A stretch of DNA of 64,000 nt from Squalus acanthias (taxonomy: Eukaryota). Of this stretch, positions 38,695 to 51,436 are shown one piece after another (the first letter of the stretch is position 1; each line of letters starts with the position of its first letter). The notes below the pieces were generated by a model. It had not been told where the DNA came from. It was given only the letters and a program-made list of their open reading frames with translations, and searched no databases. The DNA is taken from contig CM059433.1 of assembly GCA_030390025.1 (NCBI GenBank), positions 6,200,001-6,264,000 on the forward strand, given 5' to 3'. The translations under genes and the position numbers were made by a program.

Positions 38695-40763
38695 ATGGCT
38701 CCGGGACCGAGAGAGAGGGGGCACAGGTTCTCTGACGCTGCACTGGAGATCCTGGTGGAGGAAGTACGGAGGAGGAGGGATGTCCTGTACCCACAGGGGG
38801 AGATGGAGGCCACAGACGCAAATAATGCGGCATATGCGGGAGGAGATTGCCGAGAAGGTCACAGCCAGGAGCCCTCCCCCCAGGACATAGCTGCAGTGCC
38901 ACAAGAAATTTAACGATTTGGCACGAGTGATCAAGGTAAAATCCCAGCTCACAAACACACTTCTCAATAACAGCACCACCACCAGCATCACAACCTCAAC
39001 ACACTTCATCCACCATCTAACTATACACTGACATTTACACACCCCACACTATTGCATCCTTCACGGGCGCTACTCACACTTTAGACACATCTCACAGCCC
39101 TTCAACCATGTGAGGCATCACACACACACACACCTGCCAATACACTCATTCACAATACCTCCTTTTTCTCTTCCAGGACAAGATAGCACATAACAGGCGC
39201 CAGCAGGACCTGACTGGGGGAGGGGAAGCACAACCGCATGAGATCACACCCCTTGAGGAGGCAGTGCTGGCGTTGATGAGGCCGAGAGTGGCGGATGCTA
39301 TGGCCACAGGCAGATCAGGGTATATTTCGCCTAAAGGTAAGTGGCCACTCCAGCTTCCTTACATATCCACAACTATTCCTGATCCCTAATCCCCAAACCT
39401 ATCCTAACTCACAAGCTCCACATGATCACATCACACACACCCTCCTATAGTGGCCACACGTGCTGCGACCTAATCCTTCTAGCTTTATCATTGCAAGATC
39501 CACCTCGCCCCTCGGAGGAGGAGGAGAACAAGGAAGAATGCACTGCGCCAATTGCTACCACCGTTGCAGGCACCAGCTCAGAGACCTGGCACCACTCGTA
39601 ACTTAGAGGCTAGGGTAGAACACGGATCCTCACAGTCGCACGCAAGGTGGCACCTGTGATGTCTCTTCCACCCAGTATGGTTGCAGCCCACTAGTGGAAC
39701 AGACATCACAGGTGCCACCTTGCCGGGGGGGCTTTCATTGCAGCACTTTGTCATTCCATGGAAGCTGCTATGACTGCAGTGGAAGCTGCGACCTCAGTCA
39801 TCAGACGCTGTATGATGTTGGGCTCCACGGGTCGCTGGATAGAATTGGCCTGCCTCTCCATGCAGCACACAAGGTCACATACTAGTTCTGCTGCAGAAGA
39901 GTCAGATGAGGACCTCACAGGACCAAGATTCAGAAGAAGGCTGATGGGTCTGACAAAGCAAATGCTTGGTGCAATCAACAGTCTGCCTGAAAGCTTACGG
40001 ATCGTGGCTACAGGGATGGAGGAGTCCGCCTCCAGCTTGTCCCGTGGCTTGACGCAGAGCCTGGAACCCATCCTCTCCAGCGTGGAGAGGCTGGCCAATT
40101 CCATTCAGCAGCCTGTGGAGTCCAACATCATACAGCGTCTGATGACTGAGGTCACAGCTTCCACTGCAGTCATAGCAGCTTCCATGGAACAACAAAGTGT
40201 TGCAATGGAAGCCCAAACAGCCTCCATTGCACTACTAGCATATTCCATGGAACAGCAAAGTGTTACAATGGAAGCTCAGGGCGTTGCCAAGATGGCTCTG
40301 GGCTCCTCGGTTGAAATGGACTTGCAGAATGTCTCGGCTGCCCAAAGAGCTGTCCTCCAGGAGATCACTGGGCTGGCTGAACGGAGGCTCTGAGGTAGTG
40401 TTGTGGGAATCATGGAGCAGGAACCTACTGGCCTCTCTCAGGATGCCAGCATTCCTGCTCCCTCCTCCGCCACTCCATCATTGCCCTTTGCAATTGCCTG
40501 TCAGTCGGGTGGCCCAAACTGTTCAAGCCCATGCTGAGATGGTGCAGTCTGAGGCAGGGCCATCACGGCCCACAGCCTGTCGAGGGCGAGACAGGAGGAC
40601 ATCTGAACTGCCCTCTTTAGATTCTCAGCAGCCATCTGCCTTGCGCACTGCTGCCACTCGGGATGCACTTCGTAGAAGCACCAGAGTAGGCAGGAGCACT
40701 TGTAGGATAGCCACTAAGGGTAAACATCGGGGTGAATGGTTTAATATTTGTAAGTGCTGTTGA
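38695..40763 (+). pseudogene. Harbinger Myb/SANT-like DNA-binding protein, 3 exons (38695-38935, 39177-39336, ~39498-40763)
   Basis: RFSDAALEILVEEVRRRRDVL...QCHKKFNDLARVIK | DKIAHNRRQQDLTGGG; GT-AG junctions; frameshift near 38800 and TAG at 38888-38890. Confidence 0.85.
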
Positions 40764-40944
40764 TTGTGTCATGTTTTCATTGTTTATTTTTGCTCTAGAT
40801 AAAGAGTGATTATGGAAATTGGGTAGTGCTGGAATTGGTGGTGTTTTTTATTGTGTTCTTCATGGAGAAGGGGTTCAAAGGATTGAGTGCAGATGGTGGA
40901 TTTCTTGATGGATCCTCAGTTGTGGAGGGTAAGGCATGTGGCAA

Positions 40945-41284
40945 CCGTGCTCTGAAGTCTGATGAAGGACGCCTCTCCAATTAGATGGCGGCGAGCGTCC
41001 CTCCCAGGTGTGGGCCGTCTACCCAGAACCTTCTGGTGCTCCTCCTGGTCTCCTCGTCTTCCTCCTCAACCTCCGACTCCGACTCCTGAGCTTGACCCTC
41101 TGGCACAATTGCTGGTGGTAACGGCTGGTCTCATGATCGTCAGATTGTGAAGCATGCAGCAAGTCGCCACGAATCTGGAGCCCTCCTCTCCCTCTTCTCC
41201 AGCAGCTGGTGCTGCTCTGCCTGGCCTCATCTCCTCCTCCTATTCCTTCTCCAGACCAAGGGGGACACCTAGCAAGATCCCCAT
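40945..41284 (-). pseudogene. Harbinger transposase remnant: N-terminus fused to C-terminus, DDE core missing
   Basis: MGILLGVPLGLEKE*EEE... runs directly into SRFVATCCMLHNLTIMR, an acidic tract and FIRL, matching 58685-58888. Confidence 0.75.
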
Positions 41285-42764
41285 GACCAACCACTCCATT
41301 TCTCCTGGTGACTCCTATAAGGTAGAGTAGCACAGAACTCATTGTCTTTAGGTGAAGTCCTAGAATTTCTGGAATAAATGTTGATAGAGTGCTGGTGAAG
41401 TCTTGACGAAGTCTCCCAATGTGTATCAAAAGTCCTCTTCAAACGCAGTGTAGTCAGTCGATCTCCAGCAGCAAGTGAACAGTAAAAGCTGATCATGTCT
41501 TTACGTAGTGCTCGCAATCCTCACCAATGACTTCTTTACTCCTGTTTAGTTGGTCGCTGTTAGGAGAGGTCGATAAATAACAGCAAAATGCCATGCAGCC
41601 TCTTTAATGAGTGTTAGGAGCCAATTTAATTGGTAGTCAGAGCTTAATCATCCTCGGGGCAGCCGTTCCAAGCGTGCGCTTAAACTCCTTCACCAAGATG
41701 GTGTCTTGTGCTAAAGGCGGGCTAACCAAGCATTGCCGGCCAAGACCCCATCTTGGCTGCCTTGCAGGCTCTTTAGTGCCTAAAGTATCTGGGGAAAATC
41801 GACCGGCAATTTTTCAGGTGTCCCTGGCGGCTGCTTAAAACAGGTGTTTAGACCCCTTGTATATGTTAATGAGGGGTGTGACGCCTGTTTAGGACCCATC
41901 CCGGACATTTGTTTGCCCCGAGCAGAGCAGATGTTAGACCTGCTCTGCTCGGGATGACTCAGTCTACATGCAATAAGTTAAGTTTTTTTAAAAATTACTT
42001 GCCTTAATGTGGAGCCAGCAGAAGCTGGAGTGCTCCTCCCGGCTCCACACCACTCCCGAAGACCACTGCTGGTCCCTGCATGGCCCCCTCCTAATCCCTT
42101 CCCTTCCTAGGATCTACCTAAGGGCCTATGCTAGCATCACAGTGATGCGACATTCATTTTCGCTTCACCTGCGAACAGCCTGGGGACGCACGGTAGATAC
42201 CCGCAGCTCACCAGTCATTAAAATGAGGCCTAAGGCCCACTATCGTTCGGGCCCCGGGCCTACCTGTTCTGGAGCAGCAATCATTGCCTCTCACCACTCG
42301 GGTTCAACACTACATGGAGTGTGACTTCAGTGTGGTGTTCAACGACGTTTTAAAAAGTGCCTGAGGGGCCTCTTATGAGCTGTACATTTTATAAACCTAG
42401 TTTAAATTAGGTTAATTTAATTGGAGTTAATTTAAATATTTAATCCATGCAGATGCCACTGTCCACAATTTGCAAACATTCACAATGTAACTTCTGGGAG
42501 AGGAACTCTGTGCAGGCTCTCTCCTTGGCACAAGAATCAGAGCTCGAGCCAAGTGGGCAGCTGGCAATGTAAACAGGGTATTGGTCAGACTGGTATAAAT
42601 GCAGCATTTGTGGCCGCACTAACAATGCTAATAGCTGATGTGCCTTTAAATTGTAGCCCCAGAAGCAGTTTGCATGTGAGAAATTACACATACATTACAC
42701 CCAAAAGTGTTGGTTGATTTTTTTTTTAAAACAGTTTAATAAGGCATCAATGTTGAACACATAT

Positions 42765-43385
42765 TAGGAACATTAGGCCATTCAGTCCTGTGAGCCTGCT
42801 TCACCATTCAATTAGATCATGGCTGATCTACACCACCTCCAACTCTATATTTTCCCACCTTTGCTCTATATCTCTTGATACCCTTACCTAACAAAAATCT
42901 ATCGATCTCGGTCTTAAAAGCTCCAATTGTCTCAGCATCCACACCCTTTTGGGGGAGAGAATTCCAGATTTCTATAACCTTTTATGTGGAAAAAGTGCTT
43001 CCTGATTTCACTCCTGAATGGCCCAGCTGTAATTTTAAGATGATGTCCCCTTGTTCCTGACTCCCCCACCACAGGAAATAGTTTCTCCGTATCTACCCTA
43101 TCAAATCCTTTTAACATTTTACACATTTCGATTAGATCAACCCTCAATCTGCTATACTCAAGGGAATATAAGCCGTGTTTATGCAATCTGTCCTCAAAAT
43201 TTTATCCTAAATCCCCATATCATTCTGGTGAATCTGCGCTGCACTCCCTCCAAGGCCAGTATATCCCTCCTGAGGTGTGGCGCCCAAAACTGAATGCAGT
43301 CACTCCAGAGGGGGGTCTAGACCAAGGCTCTATACAACTTAAGCAAAACTTCCTCCCCTTTGTATTCCAGCCCCCTTGAGATAAA
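42765..43385 (-). mobile_element. CR1 3' fragment
   Basis: GLYSLEYSRLRVDLIE...GTRGHHLKI. Confidence 0.85.
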
Positions 43386-43639
43386 TACTTAACACTGTGA
43401 TTCTATTCTGGAAATAACTAGTTTGTTCTCACCAAGACTAACAAGTACAATTGGTCATGTGCTGAACTCCACTTATAGAGAAATTCCCTCCCACAAGTTG
43501 CATTCCAGGTTAAAATGACCTAATTATTGACTCCTGACAAAATCTAATGTTTGCTCACAACTAACCATATGCAAAGCTTCAGTTTCCTTGCTCTGAACTG
43601 CTGCCAGGAAGCAGCACACACTGGTCCGAACATCAGAAG

Positions 43640-44070
43640 TCCAGACCTCGTGCAGTCTGGTAATGGTGGTTGTGAATATAGGTAGGAGAGTTTATATGGA
43701 GGGAGAGATTTAGGGAGGAAAGGAGAGTAGTGAACTCAGGAGAGAGAGCAAGAAGAGTTGAGATGGAGGTTGAAATCACTGAGGATGAGAAGCTGCTCGG
43801 GGCAGAGGCTGAGGGAGGAAAGCAGAGAAGATATTTCAGTGAGAAACTTGGTGTGATACTTGAATGGGTAGTAGAGAACGAGGATTTTAAATGAGGGGTG
43901 GAACAAGGTGAGATGCTCAAAGGAGGAGAAGTTGACATAGGAGTAGAGAGACAGATTGATTTAGGCGTGATTTAGATAAGGGCTACACCACCACTCCGGC
44001 GATTTGAGCGGGGCAAGTGGTGGAAGGTATAGCCAGACAAGGAAGCTCCATTAAGGGGAAAGGTGTCATC
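43640..44070 (-). mobile_element. L2 AP-endonuclease fragment
   Basis: Reverse complement reads LILSDFNLHLN (GDFN-like) and LSSLNLSLHINSPT. Confidence 0.6.
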
Positions 44071-44199
44071 ACCAATGCTCCTGTGGCCATGCAGTAAGCT
44101 CGGAGGTGCTGCGCACTAAACGGAGTAGGCTGTCGGGCCCACAGGAGCGGGCTTCTATGCGCAGGTGCTCAAACATCTTTCCGGCTCCTAACGCTGTCC

Positions 44200-44530
44200 A
44201 AGTGTGGGACTGATTCGCTGTAAATAAAGTACCTGTGAGTAGAAGCGGACTCATTGCCCCACCTCTCCCTCACACACTGATAGCAAGGGGCGGGGCCATG
44301 GTCCGGACCCCCTCCGTGACACGTGCTTCCGGCACTCGCGAGACACGTCTCCTAGCAACAGGCAACCGCTTGCCTTGAGTAAATGACATTGAATGCGGCC
44401 GAGGCCTAGTCCCTGAAGTTGGAGCCGATGTGCAGGTAACCAACCCTCTGTTGTGTGAATGTAGGGCAGGCGTCTTCTTTTTGTTAGGCCAGCCCTGATC
44501 AGCGATCAATTCTGAGGTTCGCTTCCGTGC
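44200..44530. promoter_or_regulatory. Candidate CpG-island-type (possibly bidirectional) promoter
   Basis: GC box 44287-44296, E-box CACGTG 44320-44325, ETS CTTCCGG 44326-44332, ACTCGCGAGA 44334-44343, X-box-like GTCTCCTAGCAAC 44347-44359. Confidence 0.6.
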
Positions 44531-44579
44531 TGAATGGTGAAAATTCCTTGATTGATTTTTGAAGCGTAGTTTGCCTACA

Positions 44580-44897
44580 CCAACAACAGCGCCTACAACA
44601 CCAACTTGTATTTATATCTCGCCTTTAATGTAGTAAAACATCACAGGCCGCTTCACAGGAGCATTATCAAACACAATTTGACAACAAGCCACATGAGACA
44701 TTAGGGCCGATGCTTGGTCAAAGAGATGGGGTTTAAGGAGCGTCTTAAAGGAGGTAGAGATGCGGAGAGGTTTAGAGAGGGATCTCCAGAGCTTAGGGCC
44801 TCAGCAGCTGAAGGCACGGCCGCTAATGGTGGAGCAATTAAAATCGGGGATGTACAAGAGCCAGAATTGGAGGAGCACAGATATCGCGGAAGGTTGG
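44580..44897 (-). mobile_element. L2 3' fragment
   Basis: Same family as 23007-23285. Confidence 0.8.
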
Positions 44898-45034
44898 TAT
44901 TGTATAGTTGGATGCACGCACTTTCTTTGTTTAAAACAATGATTTCATCTATTACAACATTTACATCGTATAGATCCTGATGCAATCATTGATAATGAAT
45001 CATTGAAAACTTTGTTACGCAAGGAGCTATAAAT

Positions 45035-47552
45035 TTTTTTATTTGTTTATGGGATGTGAGCATTGCTGGTAAGGCCAGCATTTATTGCCCAACCCTAATT
45101 GCCCTTGAGAAGGTGGTGGTGAGCCGCCTTCTTGAACCGCTGCAGTCCGTGTGGTGAAGGTACTCCCACAGTGCTGTTAGGGAGGGAGTTCCAGGATTTT
45201 GACCCAGCGACAATGAAGGAACGGCCGATATATTTCCAAGTCAGGATGGTGTCTGATTTGGAGGGGAACTTGGAGGTGGTGGTGTTCCCATGCGCCTGCT
45301 GCCCTTGTCCTTCTAGGCGGTAGAGGTCGTGGGTTTGGGAGGTGCTGCCGAAGAAGCCTTGGCGAGTTGCTGCAGTGCATCTTGTAGATGGGACACACTG
45401 CAGCCACGGTACGCCGGTGGTGGAGGGAGTGAATGTTTAAGGTGGTGGATGGGGTGCCAATCAAGTGGGCTGCTTTGTCCTGGATGGTGTCTAGCTTCTA
45501 GAGTGTTGTTGGAGCTGCACTCATCCAGGCAAGTGGAGAGTATTCCATCACACTCCTTACTTGTGCTTTGTAGATGGTGGAAAGGCTTTGGGGAGTTAGG
45601 AGGTGAGACACTCGCCACAGAATACCCAGCCTCTGACCTGCTCTTGTTGCCACAGTATTTATGTGGCTGGTCCAGTTAAGTTTCCGGTCAATGGTGACCC
45701 CCAGGATGTTGATGGTGTTTGTTTCGGCGATGGTAATGCAGTTGAATGTCAAGGGGCGGTGGTTAGACTCTCGCTTGTTGGAGATAGTCATTGCCTGACA
45801 CTTCTGTGGCACAAATGTTACCTGCCACTTATCAGCCCAAGCCTGAACGTCGTCCAGGTCTTGTTGCATGCGGGCATGGACTGCTTCATTATCTGAGGAG
45901 TTGTGAATGGCACTGAACACTGTGTAGTCATCAGCGAACATCCCCATTTCTGACCTTATATTGGAGGGAAGGTCATTGATGAAGCAGCTGAAGATGGTTG
46001 AGCCTCGGACACTGCCCTGAAGAACTCCTGCCGCGATGTCCTGGGGCTGTGATGATTGACCTTCAACCACCACAACCATCTTCCTTTGTGCTTGGTATGA
46101 CTCCAGCCAGTGGAGAGTTTTCCTCCTGATTCCCATTGACTTCAGTTTTACTAGGGCTCCTTGATGCCATACTCGGTCAAATGCTGCCTTGATATCGAGG
46201 GCAGTCATTCTCGCCTCACCTCTGGAATTCAGCTCCTTTGTCCATGTTTGGACCAAGGCTGTAATAAGGTCGGGAGCCGAGTGGTCTTGGCGGAACCCAA
46301 ACTAGGCATCAGTGAGCAGATTATTGGTGAGTAAGTTCCGCTTGATAGCACTGTTGATGACACCTTCCATCACTTTGCTGATGATTGAGAGTAGACTGAT
46401 GGGGCGGTAATTGGCCGGATTGGATTTGTCCTGCTTTTTGCAGACAGGACATACCTGGGCAGTTTTCCACATTGTCAGATAGATGCCAGTGTTGTAGCTG
46501 TACCGGAACAGCTTGGCTCGAGGCGTGGCTAGTTCTGGAGCACAAGTCTTCAGCACGATAGCTGGGATGTTGTCAGGGCCCATAGCCTTTGCTGTATCCA
46601 GTGTGCTCAGCTGTTTCTTGATATCACGTGGAGTGAATCGAATTGGCTGAAGATCGGCTTCTGTGGTGGTGGGGACCTCAGGAGGAGGCCGATATGGATC
46701 ATCCACTTGGCACTTCTGGCTGAAGATGGTTGCAAACGCTTCAGCCTTGTCTGTTGCACTCACATGCTGGGCTCCACCATCATTGAGGATGGGGATATTC
46801 ATGGAGCCTCCTCCTCCTGTTAGTTGTTTAATGGTCCACCACCAATGTGGCAGGACTGCAGAGCTTTGATCTGATCCATTGATTGTGGGATCGCTTGGCT
46901 CTGTCTATAGCATGCTGCTTCTGCTTTTTAGCATGCATGTAGTCCTGTGTTGCAGCTTCCCCAGGTTGGCACCTCATTTTTAGGTACGCCTGGTGCTGCT
47001 CCTGGCATGCTCTCCTGCACTCCTTATTGAACCAGGGTTGGTCCCCTGGCTTGATGGTAATGGTAGAGTGAGGGATATGCCAGGCCATGAGGTTACAGAT
47101 TGTGGTGGAATACAATTCTGCTGCTGCTGATGGCCCACAGCGCCTCATGGATACCCAGTTTTGAGCTGCTAGATCTCTTCTGAATCTATCCCATTTAGCA
47201 CGGTGGTAGTGCCACACAACACGATAGAGGGTGTCCTCAGTGTGAAGACAGGACTTCATCTCCACAATGACTGTGCGGTGGTCACTGCTACCAATGCTGT
47301 CATGGACAGATGCATCTGCGACAGGTAGATTGGTGAGGACGAGGTCAAGTAGGATTTTTCCTCATGTTGGTTCTCTCACCACCTGTCGTAGGCCCTCTCT
47401 ATCCACCTGTCGTAGGCCCAGACTAGCAGCTATGTCCTTCAGGACTTGGCCAGTTCGGTCAGTAGTGGTGCTACCGAGCCACTCTTGGTGATGGACATTG
47501 AAGTCCCCCATCCAGAGTACATTTTGTGCCCTTGCTGCTCTCAGTGCTTCTT
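45035..47552 (-). mobile_element. CR1/L2-group LINE, 5'-truncated (AP endonuclease C-terminus, RT, tail)
   Basis: GDFNVHH, SDH, YRPISLLS, LDIKAAFD and FADD motifs; few stops or frameshifts. Confidence 0.93.
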
Positions 47553-48445
47553 CCTGGTGGTATCTGCAATAACCTGACAATTGTACTGTTATTATTTTCA
47601 GATAATGTCATACATACTGATTTTCAGTTTAATGTTAAGTTGCTTTGTAAATAAGCAGTACATGCAATTGTACAGTAAGCAGTATGTACAAATACATTTC
47701 ATAAAACTATTATAAAATCGTGAGTTCTTTGTAATTTGTCTACAAATGACCATAACAATAACTGAGTAAGAAGGAATAGGGTTACTGAAAATGAAGTCAT
47801 AAGACTACTATCGGATGGGTAACATGGGCCACTTTCAAAATATTTTCCAAGGCCATTTTAAGTTCCCAATCCGCCCCTGGTGATCGGGCCCGCAGAGAGT
47901 CTGGTTGACAGCCCTGGAGTAGAGCAGCTCTCAATGCCCCAGGACTCATCCTTGAGCCGAATGGCCTAGAAAGGCCCACAACAACTAAAGGTCACAAAAC
48001 CAGTGGTTATGGGCCATCATGGCCAGATAAATACACACAGTCTGGGGTGAAGTTGATCAATGGATTTAGTTTCATTCTCAGTGAGCACCTAATACTTTCT
48101 GACAGGCAGGTTTATGATGCAGGTTGGGTTATTGATCATATATATGGCGCATGGCCAATGAACACTTGCCTTTAGCATTGACTGAACCACATATACCAGC
48201 CTGGAAACCGCAGGTTAATTGAAGCTGTCTAGGCTAATGGATAATGGATGAGAGACCAGATTATGTGAGTTTCATTTCACTGTTTAACGAGATGAATGGA
48301 TTTTTAAGGTTGTTTATGATCTAAGCCCAGACTTTCAAGGTGTGTGTATCCTCTCCGCTCTTTCGCATTGCATCTACTCTACTGAAAGCTCTTGTGTCGG
48401 GAAAGAGGATCTAACAGTCCAAGTGTGAGATGTGAGAGTAGACTT

Positions 48446-48526
48446 GGAATGGGACCAGTGAGGGGAGAGGCGGAATGGGACCAGCGAGGGGAGAGGCGGA
48501 ATGGGACCAGCGAGGGGAGAGGCGGA
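48446..48526. repeat. 26-bp tandem repeat x3 (GGAATGGGACCAGCGAGGGGAGAGGC)
   Basis: Directly visible. Confidence 0.95.
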
Positions 48527-48795
48527 TTGTCAACCTTGTCAGAATTTTCCATCACTGGAAAGCAGAGAAATTTCCAGCATGATGTAACTGTAAGTAATGT
48601 TGAATAAATATCAACCTTATTTACTTGCATTGTTGTATTTTTAAGTTGTTGTTGTAAAATTTGCCCATGGACAAAAAAATCGCGCTCTGAGGAGTTCGTG
48701 GCCCGCTCAGTACAAATAAAAATTAGAGGGAACATTGATCATCACCCCTCAGCCATGTCTCCATCAACGCCATGGTACACCGGCATCTCCGCATC

Positions 48796-51436
48796 ATGAC
48801 CACTATCCAAACTGCCGGCTCAAAGTGGAGAGAATCGCCAAGAAGATCGCGCATATCGACACCGACATCAAGTATCTACAGAGATGCAAGAAAGCAGACA
48901 AGATCCCGAAAGGACTACAGATCACGAACCCACTCAAGTCGACATACAACACAGACTACGCTGAGAGACTCTGCCGTCGTACCTCTCGCACACTCCTCAA
49001 CCATCTCGTACACCAGCTCTACAGCAAACGCCACAACCTCGAAACCAAGATAGAGTCCATGCTCTCAGCCTGTGCTCAGGACACAGCAGACCAGTTACGA
49101 GACACCACCAAACAGACGAGGCAACGGAACTACGCTGCCTACATGCGCATCAAGAACAGGAAGCTTGAGAAACTCGGCATCACCACCAGCAGCAACCAAG
49201 CCTCCCCCGGTACCACGGCTGCAACCACAGGGAAGTCCATCGTCAACTTGTCCGACCATACGCTTCAACCAGACGAAATCGAAGTTCTCGCCCTAGGGCT
49301 CAAGTTCTGCCCAACCACCAAAATGGACCCCATCGGCCTCGCGGCAGACACGGAGGAATTCATCAGGAGAATGAGGCTCCGGGAATACTTCCACAAATCC
49401 CAAGATGTCAGCAACAAACCCAATGAGACAATCAATGATCCAGAACAGCAGACAGAGGGACTCGCAGTGCAGCAACCGAAGAAAAAAGAGTCAAACTGGA
49501 CCCCTCCGGAGGGTCGCTGCCCCAAGCTTGACATGTATGCTCAAGCTGTCAGGAGATGCATCAACGCCAGATTCATCAGCCGCACTCACAAGACAGTCCA
49601 GAATGTCACCCGAGCACAACGCAACGCCATCCACGCTCTCAAGACCAACCGCAACATTGTCATCAAACCAGCGGACAAAGGAGGAGCCAAAAGAAGCATA
49701 CCGACAACTGGACAACCAGGAACACTAGACAGCTACCCGCAGATCCGACCAAAGAACACACCCGCCAACTCAATAGACTGATCAAGACCTTCGATCCAGA
49801 CCTTCAAAACATCCTACGCGCTCTCATCCCACGTAATCCCCGCGTGGGAGACTTCTACTGCCTCCCAAAGATACACAAAGCCAACACACCCGGACGTCCT
49901 ATCGTATCAGGCAATGGAACCCTGTGTGAGAACCTCTCTGGATACGTCGAGGGCATTCTGAAACCCATCGTACAGGGAACCCCCAGCTTCTGTCGCGACA
50001 CTACAGACTTCTTACAGAAACTCAGCACCCACGGACCAGTTGAACCAGGAACACTCCTTGCCACGATGGACGTATCGGCACTCTACACCAGTATCCCCCA
50101 CGATGACGGCATCGCTGCAACAGCCTCAGTACTCAACATCAACAACAGCCAATCTCCAGACGCCATCCTACAACTCATCCGCTTCATCCTTGACCACAAT
50201 GTCTTCACCTTCGACAACCATTTTTTTACCCAAACACACGGAACAGCCATGGGGACCAAATTCGCACCCCAATACGCCAACATCTTCATGCACAAGTTCG
50301 AGCAAGACTTCTTCGCTGCACAGGACCTCCAGCCAACGCTGTATACCAGATACATCGACGACATTTTCTTCCTTTGGACCCATGGCGAAGGATCACTGAA
50401 AAGACTACACGATAACATAAACATGTTCCATCCCACCATCAAACTCACCATGGACTACTCCTCAGAATCAGTCTCATTCCTGGACACACGAATCTCCATC
50501 AAAGACGGACACCTCAGCACTTCACTCTACCGCAAGCCCACGGACAACCTCACGATGCTCCACTTCTCCAGCTTCCACCCTAACCATGTTAAAGAAGCCA
50601 TCCCCTATGGACAAGCCCTGCGAATACACAGGATCTGCTCAGACGAGGAGGAACGCGATGGACACCTACGGACGCTGAAAAACGCCCTCGTAAGAACGGG
50701 ATATGACGCTCGACTCATCGATCGACAGTTCCGACGGGCCACAGCGAAAAATCGCATAGACCTCCTCAGAAGGCAAACACGGGACACAACCAACAGGGTA
50801 CCCTACGTCGTCCAGTACTTCCCCGGAGCGGAGAAACTACGCCATGTTCTTCGCAGCCTTCAACATGTCATCGATGACGACAAACACCTCGCTAAGGCCA
50901 TCCCCACGCCTCCACTACTTGCCTTCAAACAGCCGCCTAACCTCAGAAGTACCATCGTTCGCAGCAAATTACCCAGCTTTCAGGATAACAGCGACCACGA
51001 CACCACACAACCCTGCCATGGCAAACTCTGCAAGACATGCCAGATCATCAACACAGATACCACCATCACACGTGAGGACACTACCCACCAGGTACATGGT
51101 ACATACTCATGTGACTCGGCCAACGTTGTCTACCTCATACGTTGCAGGAAAGAATGCACCGCGGCATGGTACATCGGCGAGACCATGCAGACACTGAGAC
51201 AACGTATGAACGAGCACCGCGCAACAATCGCCAGGCAGGATTGTTACCTCCCAGTCGGGGAACACTTCAGCAGTCAAGGACATTCAGCCTCGGATCTGCG
51301 GGTAAGCGTTCTCCAAGGCAACCTTAGAAACACACGACAACGCAAAATCATCGAGCAGAAACTGATAGCCAAGTTCCGCACTCATGAAGACGGTCTCAAT
51401 CGGGATCTTGGGTTTATGTCACGATACATGATGTGA
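48796..51436 (+). pseudogene. Penelope RT + GIY-YIG endonuclease polyprotein with about 3 small frame-disrupting lesions
   Basis: Probable ATG 48796; frame breaks near 48808, 49689 and 49727; YIDD at 50351-50362; NVVYLIRC...WYIGET...RMNEH; TGA at 51434-51436. Confidence 0.9.

Larger units (their letters stand above)
38300..42300. mobile_element. Non-autonomous PIF/Harbinger transposon (Myb/SANT gene on +, internally deleted transposase on -)
   Basis: Convergent two-gene layout homologous to 58340-61405; ends approximate because TIRs were not resolved. Confidence 0.8.

Noticed and set aside
39758..40393. Stand-alone 211-aa coiled-coil gene
   Set aside because: It is part of exon 3 of the Harbinger Myb pseudogene, and its start lies in the inverted insert
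48620..48737. hAT-type MITE end (AATTAGAGGGAACATTG)
   Set aside because: Only one TIR-like end was found and no TSD; insufficient support
48735..49781. Separate ORF1 or programmed frameshift in the Penelope element
   Set aside because: The break after ADKGGA removes conserved residues, consistent with deletion damage to a single ORF
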